Of a stretch of DNA of 64,000 nucleotides, positions 57,347 through 64,000 are shown piece by piece (position 1 is the first letter of the stretch; each line of letters opens with the position of its first letter). The position numbers and the translations under genes were made by a program. Below the pieces are notes generated by a model that saw only the letters and a list, made by a program, of their open reading frames with translations, did not search any database and was not told where the DNA came from. The stretch comes from a virus. Location of the stretch: the IMG/VR virus record IMGVR_UViG_3300031841_004520, positions 32,001 through 96,000 of that record. The stretch is one strand, 5' to 3'.

Positions 57347-58674
57347 TTTTCTGTAAAGATGTTTCTTATTTTACCTGTTTCAGTACTTCTTTTAATTTCA
57401 TCAACTATTGCAATATTCAGTGGTAGCGAACCTACTCTGCTAGACATACCTTTTCTAATTTCGGTTTCCGTTTTTTCGCAAAATTTCTCATTCTTAACAA
57501 TATTCATTGTAAGACTACGGTCTGCTTTTTGAAAAATTTGGAACATTTTAACACCATCTATCTTATACATCATAGTGTAAAAGTTAACCCCTGGCAATCT
57601 ACAACCATCTTTAGATATTAGTATATCGTCACATCTACCATCTATATCTAACATAGTGTAACATGTGCTTTTGTCATTGTTTATGATTCCTACATCGTTT
57701 GTTTTATATCTAAGAAAAGGCATATAGTAATTATTAAACCCTGTACCAACTATTACATTTTGATCATTTTCTTGCACAAATTCAGTAATACCATATTCAA
57801 AATTTTCATAATAGTGGTCCGACTCACTAGTTTGATGATGAAACACAACTTTTTCTTGTAGTCCATAGTGCGCTTTGGGTTTGATGCCAAAAGCCTTATA
57901 TATTTTGTTAGACCATTCTTCTAACATTTTTTCTGAGGCTACATGTATTTGCGATATGTTTAATGATAAATTATGGTCTTCACATAAACATGCTAGTATG
58001 TAAATGCTAGACGGATACCCAACCAGTGTGTGATAATTTCCTGCATTTATTTTTTTTACATAATCATGTACAGTCTTATCATTAACATGATATGCTGACA
58101 TGTATAGTCTTCTTAATTCATAGTCATAATTCCATAACATATTTTCTTTAGGGGGCACAAATCTACGCAGCCAAACACTAGGCTTGTCGTACATTGTTGC
58201 TCCATGGTCATTAAAAGCCCTTAGTACAAAAGCGGCTTCTTTTTTGTATAAATCATCAGTGCCATAAAAAATTAATTTTTTACCTGTTGATCCACTAGTT
58301 CTAAATTCAAAACATTTTTGTCCAATCATATTAGAAGCAATAAGATCTTTTGTATTATCTCTAATAATATCTTTTGTAAGTATTGGCAGTAAAGAGATAT
58401 CAGAAGCAGATTTGAATGATTGTGGACAAAGCCCACGGTCTAACATCACATTTTTATAGTAAGGCACATTATTGTAGCAGTGTGTAATGAGTTTCTTGAA
58501 CTCTAAATATTGATAGTCTAATAATTGTTGTTTGTTCCATGTTCTAGATGTCATTAAGTTTTGAAAAGTTTCTACAAAAATCTTACCATACCTACGATTG
58601 AAAGGCACGCAATTGTAGTATGCTCTTTTTAGAAAACCAGGACAAACTTTAATTATTTTGTTTACACTACCCAT
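57343..58674 (-). CDS. CapK/PaaK-family adenylate-forming ligase
   Basis: VPYY, LPILTK, TSGSTG, GYPS, YG.QE, MPFLRYKTND, GRCDD and TGKIR. Likely ATG at 58674. Confidence 0.85.
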   Translation of the reverse strand: MGSVNKIIKVCPGFLKRAYYNCVPFNRRYGKIFVETFQNLMTSRTWNKQQLLDYQYLEFKKLITHCYNNVPYYKNVMLDRGLCPQSFKSASDISLLPILTKDIIRDNTKDLIASNMIGQKCFEFRTSGSTGKKLIFYGTDDLYKKEAAFVLRAFNDHGATMYDKPSVWLRRFVPPKENMLWNYDYELRRLYMSAYHVNDKTVHDYVKKINAGNYHTLVGYPSSIYILACLCEDHNLSLNISQIHVASEKMLEEWSNKIYKAFGIKPKAHYGLQEKVVFHHQTSESDHYYENFEYGITEFVQENDQNVIVGTGFNNYYMPFLRYKTNDVGIINNDKSTCYTMLDIDGRCDDILISKDGCRLPGVNFYTMMYKIDGVKMFQIFQKADRSLTMNIVKNEKFCEKTETEIRKGMSSRVGSLPLNIAIVDEIKRSTETGKIRNIFTEK

Positions 58675-59005
58675 TATGAAAAAAGTCTTCGCTGTTAATA
58701 GCTTTGTCGTCAATATAATAATCTGCCATATACTTTACTCCACTTCTCAGGTGATCAAATTTTAATCCCCAATCTTTTAGTTGATTTAACGTTTTAAAAA
58801 ACCAAGACCTACCTGAATTATTACCTCTGGCTGTTTCAATGATGATTATATGTCCCTCATCATGTAATTCGTTAATTTTATTAATTCTGTCAGATATAGG
58901 CTTAGAATCAAAATACTGCGGACCACTCTTACCGTCTGGGCCCACACCCATTTCAGTTCTACATAACGTGTCGTCTAAATCTACTACATAAATTAATCTT
59001 TTCAT
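58667..59005 (-). CDS. Capless HAD phosphatase (capsule-biosynthesis type)
   Basis: DLDDTL, TARG and K..ADYYIDDKA. Confidence 0.85.
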   Translation of the reverse strand: MKRLIYVVDLDDTLCRTEMGVGPDGKSGPQYFDSKPISDRINKINELHDEGHIIIIETARGNNSGRSWFFKTLNQLKDWGLKFDHLRSGVKYMADYYIDDKAINSEDFFHNG

Positions 59006-59784
59006 TATAAAGGTGCTTTTACATTTACTCCTGGAAAATTTGGAATTACATGCGTTGATTGATTAAATTTTCGCATAGCTTCTACCAAAAGTCTTTCATT
59101 TTCTCTAAACTGTGGCCAGAATGAAGGTCTAGAACTTTTGTAAGGGCCTCTAACGTCTCCACCTTCTTCGTGATGTAAAGCATAAATATTTTCACTACAA
59201 TCTATACTATCATAGCCTATTTGTCTTGGAAGCCATAACATACACCTATCAAAAGATCCTCTAGCTATTAAGAAATTTGGAAAGAAATTTTTAGAATTTA
59301 AATTTAAATATACGTCTTTGTGAAAACAAAAATAGTCACAATGTTCTGTGTTTCTGAATGGCAGGTCACCAGCAATTTCCATGATTTGCTCATCAGACAA
59401 ATTATTAATATCTAAATCACAATAATCTACCCAATCTCTTCTTTTGCCTACCATTTGAAAGGGCTTATCATATTTATCTTTTATATGCTTAAAAGTTTCA
59501 CAAAAATCTGATAAAAATATTATATCGCTATTTACATAGCAAAGATATTGATTATCGGTTTTATCTATAGCATCTAGGAAAAGATCTTTGATTGAAGGTG
59601 GATCTAAAGGCTTGAGTTCTTTAGGATATTTTCTAGCAACAACTTTAGGATGTTCTAAAATCTGACTAGTTTCTAAAGACGTATACACTACAATTTCATG
59701 GACGCAATCTAGTTTTGTCCATGATAGTAGTGAGTTTTTTTCTCTATACAAGAATTGTTCTAGAGTAGTAAAGAATGTTATCAT
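59005..59784 (-). CDS. GT-A-like glycosyltransferase
   Basis: YVNSDI, RRD, DYFCF and ALH. Confidence 0.6.
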   Translation of the reverse strand: MITFFTTLEQFLYREKNSLLSWTKLDCVHEIVVYTSLETSQILEHPKVVARKYPKELKPLDPPSIKDLFLDAIDKTDNQYLCYVNSDIIFLSDFCETFKHIKDKYDKPFQMVGKRRDWVDYCDLDINNLSDEQIMEIAGDLPFRNTEHCDYFCFHKDVYLNLNSKNFFPNFLIARGSFDRCMLWLPRQIGYDSIDCSENIYALHHEEGGDVRGPYKSSRPSFWPQFRENERLLVEAMRKFNQSTHVIPNFPGVNVKAPL

Positions 59785-60671
59785 TTTAAAAACTTAGCTT
59801 TGCATAATGTCCTAATTTTTTCTTTTACGCCATCGTCCCATAAAAATTCCTTTACCATTTTATTATATGGCTTATAGTTTTTCCAATTTTGTGCATAGTG
59901 GTCTGCGTTGCTATGCTCTCCCCATTCTCCAATATACTGTGCATTCATAGTAAAGGTGGATATTTTAATAAAATTATTTAAGGCTAGAAAACCACTCATA
60001 ACACTATCTTGACTAGTTACTACTTTGGTTGGGTCCATGCCATATTGTTCACAGTATCCCAATATTTGTTGATGCGGCCTACCCCTATAGTCATCTGGTA
60101 GCATAGCATAGTAACCTTCCATAAAAGGAGCCACAACATCATATGCTCTTTTAAAAAACCCATATCCCCAAATATGCTCCATTTGCATAAATTTGTTATT
60201 ATTTCTCTCTTGCTGTTTATCCCAATCGTCGTATCTTGTAAGATAGTCACAATACTTAAAAACATCTGTGTGTCTATGAATTTCACCAAAACAACTCACC
60301 ATACTGACGTCTTTATCATCCTGGAATTTATCCATTAATAAATTTAACTGTTCTAGATAATAGTCATTTAATACTATATCGTCTTCTATAAATATAGCAG
60401 AATCTGCTCTATCAAAAATAAATTCTCTTGCTCTTTTTTGATTAAAAGCAACGCCTAAGTTGCATTCACTAGCAAAGACTTTGGATTTAGGAAAATGCTT
60501 ACTAAAAACATCTACACTGTTTTTTACTTTGGGCTTATCATCCGTTAGTATTCTTGCACCATCTTGAAACAAAAAAACCTCAGCGTCCTTGACTTGAGGC
60601 TTTAATGCTTGCAATACTTTATCTAAATAATCTGGACGATTATACGCATATACTACTATTGGTCTTGACAT
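59781..60671 (-). CDS. GT2/GT13-like glycosyltransferase
   Basis: YNRPDYL, FQDG, NLG, IFIEDD, WG and YIGEWG. Confidence 0.8.
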   Translation of the reverse strand: MSRPIVVYAYNRPDYLDKVLQALKPQVKDAEVFLFQDGARILTDDKPKVKNSVDVFSKHFPKSKVFASECNLGVAFNQKRAREFIFDRADSAIFIEDDIVLNDYYLEQLNLLMDKFQDDKDVSMVSCFGEIHRHTDVFKYCDYLTRYDDWDKQQERNNNKFMQMEHIWGYGFFKRAYDVVAPFMEGYYAMLPDDYRGRPHQQILGYCEQYGMDPTKVVTSQDSVMSGFLALNNFIKISTFTMNAQYIGEWGEHSNADHYAQNWKNYKPYNKMVKEFLWDDGVKEKIRTLCKAKFLK

Positions 60672-60696
60672 TATAATCCTAGATACTGTAGTGAAG

Positions 60697-60945
60697 TTAA
60701 CTCTTGGTTAGTTTATTATAAACTAAAAGAGCAACCACGCCACCACCAATTCCCATAAAAATTCCCGCAGGCTCTAACGCACTATAAAACCCTAATAAAT
60801 AAGATGCTGCTCCGCCGCAATACGATCCAGCAACACCAAGGGCTACGGTTTGAAAAAACCCTAATTTTTCTTCACCAGGAACTATACTCTTAGCAATAGA
60901 CCCTACAAAAATACCATATACGCACCATATTAATAAACTAAACAT
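60697..60945 (-). CDS. GlsB/YeaQ/YmgE (transglycosylase-associated) small membrane protein
   Basis: Three hydrophobic helices with G..VGSIAKSIVPG and LGVAGS.CGG. Confidence 0.75.
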   Translation of the reverse strand: MFSLLIWCVYGIFVGSIAKSIVPGEEKLGFFQTVALGVAGSYCGGAASYLLGFYSALEPAGIFMGIGGGVVALLVYNKLTKS

Positions 60946-61324
60946 TACTTACCTCTATTAAAGAATGAACTTGTTCGTGACTCAAATCGCTTGCAGCATC
61001 CAATATTTTCTCACACAAAACACTTCCATGTTTTTTATATTCTTCCCTTGGCATATTTTTCCGTAATATTTTTTTAAGACGCATTTTGGTATACCATCCA
61101 CGCCTTACGCTTAATGTTTTAATATGACTAGCATAAGCAGTACATTTTTGTTCAGTACTAGTCAGCATTTTGAGTTCTGTTTTATTACAGTCTTGTATGA
61201 CTCTGATCAAAGTAAGAAATACCCCAATCAACATAATAACAACTATGACACTACCAAAGTTAGCCTTCGGATCTATGTCAGAATCTATAGCAATTTTTTC
61301 TGCAATTTTTTCTAATTCATTCAT
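60938..61324 (-). CDS. Hypothetical single-TM membrane protein
   Basis: Hydrophobic FGSVIVVIMLIGVFLTLI segment. Confidence 0.55.
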   Translation of the reverse strand: MNELEKIAEKIAIDSDIDPKANFGSVIVVIMLIGVFLTLIRVIQDCNKTELKMLTSTEQKCTAYASHIKTLSVRRGWYTKMRLKKILRKNMPREEYKKHGSVLCEKILDAASDLSHEQVHSLIEVSNV

Positions 61325-61328
61325 GATA

Positions 61329-61601
61329 TTACTTCGGCCTTATGTTAATATAAAATTTACCATCCCTGGCGCCAGTTTTTAAAATACCATCCGATGTTAT
61401 TTGTGCTTTAGCTTCAACTGGCGGACCTCCGCCTATGACTGTAGGAGGATACCCAGCAGTATTCGTTCCAAAAACAGGGTTGTACCCTGCAGTATTGTAC
61501 GCTGCAGTATTATACCCTGCAGTACTATACACTATATTGTCGTCAATATTATTTATAGTCGTTTGTAAAATTTTGTTGAATAGTTCTTTATTACTCATCA
61601 T
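61329..61601 (-). CDS. Small protein with pentapeptide NTAGY repeats
   Basis: YSTAGYNTAAYNTAGYNPVFGTNTAGYPP; overlaps the upstream gene. Confidence 0.55.
   Translation of the reverse strand: MMSNKELFNKILQTTINNIDDNIVYSTAGYNTAAYNTAGYNPVFGTNTAGYPPTVIGGGPPVEAKAQITSDGILKTGARDGKFYINIRPK
61481..61525. repeat. 15-bp tandem repeat x3 (plus a degenerate copy at 61448-61462)
   Basis: tgtaccctgcagtat / tgtacgctgcagtat / tataccctgcagtac. Confidence 0.85.
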
Positions 61602-62436
61602 CTTTTCTGTCTATAAAATATTGAGCTATGTCCTGTTTAAACTCTGGCTTGTTGGGCAGCAACTCTATAAGACCATCTGTAATTTTTATGTCTGTATATG
61701 GGTCATATTTGTGATTCTGTAGTATTTTGTTCTTTTCCCAATACTGTCTATTGTCAGTATTCCCATGATACAAATGCTCTACACTCCCTTTAATACACCC
61801 AATTTGACCGTTGACGTTTTCATTATTGCTTAAGGCCCATAATAGGTATTTACGCCTCATTCTTGGAGGCAGAACCAATACTTGCTGATGGTCCCACAGT
61901 CCCAACCAAGCTATTAGCTGTAAAGCGTCATTGTTCCCCAACACATCGCAATCAAACAATCCACCATCTATCACATTTTTTCTCATAGCCCAACTAAAAC
62001 CTATAGCTGGCCAATCTTGTTTCTTTGTATTAAGGTAGTCTCTAGCAAAAGAAATGTTATTATGTGTGCTGTTTTCTGATTTCTCATAAACGCTTTCAAA
62101 ACATTGTGCAACAGGGTAACGATTTAAAGTTTTATCTATGTCTTTTAGTATATCTTTATTATTAAAGATAATGTCACAGTCCACCCAAACCACAATATCT
62201 GTACTATTTGGAAGACTATCAATTAATATATTTAGAAGTCTTTCTTTTTGCCAGACTATATTAGAAGTTGTTCCTTTTAGCTTTATGCTGTCTTCTATAA
62301 AAAAATCTTGATCATCAATGGTGAGTTCTGCTGTATGAATTTTATATGGAAAATGTCTACGAAACTCTATATAGTTATTCTTAATCCTATTAGAGTTTGT
62401 AAAATTGAAGTACGAAGTTATAAATGATATACTCAC
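61591..62436 (-). CDS. GT-A-like glycosyltransferase, WQKER family copy 2
   Basis: SYFN, WQKERLLN, WVDCD and HLYHG. Confidence 0.6.
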   Translation of the reverse strand: MSISFITSYFNFTNSNRIKNNYIEFRRHFPYKIHTAELTIDDQDFFIEDSIKLKGTTSNIVWQKERLLNILIDSLPNSTDIVVWVDCDIIFNNKDILKDIDKTLNRYPVAQCFESVYEKSENSTHNNISFARDYLNTKKQDWPAIGFSWAMRKNVIDGGLFDCDVLGNNDALQLIAWLGLWDHQQVLVLPPRMRRKYLLWALSNNENVNGQIGCIKGSVEHLYHGNTDNRQYWEKNKILQNHKYDPYTDIKITDGLIELLPNKPEFKQDIAQYFIDRKDDE

Positions 62437-63074
62437 AGTTTCTTATATTCTAAAATAATCTGTGTTGGATATTCTAATATACCTAAGTTTAAGGGGTTGT
62501 CTTTACTTGATCCCAAATACTTTAGTTCTTCATCGTTGTAGTCAAGTTGTTTATTGGGCAAAATTGGCCTGAGGTTATTCGATGCATTGATAACTTTAAA
62601 TATGTTGTCTAACTGTATTCCAGGCAAACAATCATCAATTAAAATTATAGCAGAATCGTTGAGAAAATTATTTGGATGATTTAAAATAACAGTGAGTACT
62701 ATATCTTTAGCTACAGCATCAATAAAAAGGAAATCATAACTACTATTGTTAGACGATATAGTAGTAAACTGACATTCATTGTGCAGTGTAGTATACTCTG
62801 AGAGTTGCATTTCATGTAATACGCCTTTAGCCCAATTATAATTATCTTTATTAACTTCTATTGAATAAAATTCAAACCCAAATATTCTTGAAAGTTGTGC
62901 AAAAGTAACGGTGCTCCAACCCTCATTTGTCGAGTCTTTACGCATTGTGCCAAACTCTATTATTTTTTCTGGTTTTCTATCTAAGATTAATTCAATCGCA
63001 TGATTAAATGAATTATATCTGCAATTACCTGCTAAAAAACCTTTTTGTTTTGGTTTGTTGTCTTCTTCCGTCAT
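62433..63074 (-). CDS. Class I SAM methyltransferase-like protein
   Basis: IIEFGT, ST, YDFLFID and ILIDD. Confidence 0.7.
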   Translation of the reverse strand: MTEEDNKPKQKGFLAGNCRYNSFNHAIELILDRKPEKIIEFGTMRKDSTNEGWSTVTFAQLSRIFGFEFYSIEVNKDNYNWAKGVLHEMQLSEYTTLHNECQFTTISSNNSSYDFLFIDAVAKDIVLTVILNHPNNFLNDSAIILIDDCLPGIQLDNIFKVINASNNLRPILPNKQLDYNDEELKYLGSSKDNPLNLGILEYPTQIILEYKKL

Positions 63075-63886
63075 AAAATATCTTTAATTTCATTGTGCAA
63101 TTCTGTTTTATCGCTAGACCATTGCCATAAACCATTACTACCTAATTCAATATCCTCACTGATATCAAACAGATGTTTGTTTAATATGTGTGTATAAATT
63201 GGACGTTGACTACTAGTGGTGGTAATTTTAATGTCATTTAAATTATTTAATTTATTTTGCACAACCATAAAGTCATCGATAGCTTTGGCTAATAGGGGTA
63301 GGCTAATATCTTGATGGAAGTCACGACAAAAACTGTTATTCCAAGCTCCTTGCCAAGTAACAATTTGATGTAATTCATTATTGCCTACAATAGAAAAATC
63401 ATACAAGCCCTTAGGCAAAGCATCTCTTCTTGCAGCCCAAGCCAAATCATACCTACCTACATTAGATATGACAGGATTATTCTTTAGACTATATTTTTCA
63501 CCTTCCTGTTTGATTTTTGCTAGATATCCCAACTCATCATTAACATGACTAAAAAGTTGGCATATAGGATATTCGTCTAATGCCACTGTTGCCCTTTTGT
63601 ACCATGACAAATCTTCAAAAATAATATTGGGATCTAACCAAGCTACTTGATCAACAGAAGACCTTAGTGATTCTACACCTATATTAATTAATCTTTGTGG
63701 TTGCCAAAGCATATTAGATTCGTTGGCAGATATCCTAATAGAATCATCAATCCAAAAATATTGATCGGCAAAAGCAACTTCTACTACAGTTAAGGGAGCA
63801 TTTAGATTATTTTTAAATTCTATAAAATCCTGTCTAACTTTGTCAGAATTATTAGGATTAAAATAGTAGCTTATACATCGTAACAT
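63071..63886 (-). CDS. GT-A-like glycosyltransferase, WQKER family copy 3 (degenerate)
   Basis: YYFN, WQPQRLIN and WLDPN (DxD lost); HLYHG is absent. Confidence 0.55.
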   Translation of the reverse strand: MLRCISYYFNPNNSDKVRQDFIEFKNNLNAPLTVVEVAFADQYFWIDDSIRISANESNMLWQPQRLINIGVESLRSSVDQVAWLDPNIIFEDLSWYKRATVALDEYPICQLFSHVNDELGYLAKIKQEGEKYSLKNNPVISNVGRYDLAWAARRDALPKGLYDFSIVGNNELHQIVTWQGAWNNSFCRDFHQDISLPLLAKAIDDFMVVQNKLNNLNDIKITTTSSQRPIYTHILNKHLFDISEDIELGSNGLWQWSSDKTELHNEIKDIL

Positions 63887-63888
63887 GG

Positions 63889-63999
63889 TTATCTATAAAT
63901 TATATTACTTGTTTTTTCTAACCCATCTTCTGGTTCACAATAGTTGCAATCTATTTTCTTAATTCCATCACCACTGATATACCACCCCTTGCCTTTACA
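63889..63999 (-). CDS. 3' end of a zinc-finger protein (starts beyond the window)
   Basis: ...CKGKGWYISGDGIKKIDCNYCEPEDGLEKTSNIIYR*, a CxGxG...CxxC pattern. Confidence 0.55.
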   Translation of the reverse strand, partial: CKGKGWYISGDGIKKIDCNYCEPEDGLEKTSNIIYR

Positions 64000-64000
64000 C

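Noticed and set aside
61448-61525. Mini-CRISPR array
   Set aside because: The 15-bp units are directly adjacent with no spacers and vary in a codon-preserving way.
1-64000. Stop-codon reassignment
   Set aside because: Long ORFs tile the window under the standard code, and TAA, TAG and TGA all end genes at sensible overlaps.

Overview
This window is a segment of a large, AT-rich tailed (Caudoviricetes) phage genome using the standard genetic code. No rRNA, tRNA or CRISPR array is visible. Bases 1-25.2 kb (+ strand) form a tail morphogenesis module: two paralogous tail-tube-like genes, two paralogous chaperone-like genes, a 2304-aa tape measure protein (TMP), and large baseplate and Cys-rich fibre-like proteins. 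Bases 25.2-64 kb (- strand) hold replication, recombination and nucleotide genes (DnaE split into two genes around a DEDDh exonuclease, SSB, primase, DnaB, RecA/UvsX, Cas4-like nuclease, dNMP kinase, PhoH, class II RNR, dCMP deaminase), plus two glycan-modification clusters. The strongest candidate for a new system is the TMP. It carries an apparently intact staphylococcal-nuclease domain and a toxin-linker-like segment, bracketed by three repeats of a [F/Y]xxGG...DTVPAMLxPGE[F/Y]V module, which suggests a cassette-type effector-delivery polyprotein. Other leads are a possible uronamide glycan pathway, a chaperone duplication that may replace the usual frameshift, an intein-free split DnaE, and recurring intergenic motifs. 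All functional calls come from motif recognition by eye, with no database searches.
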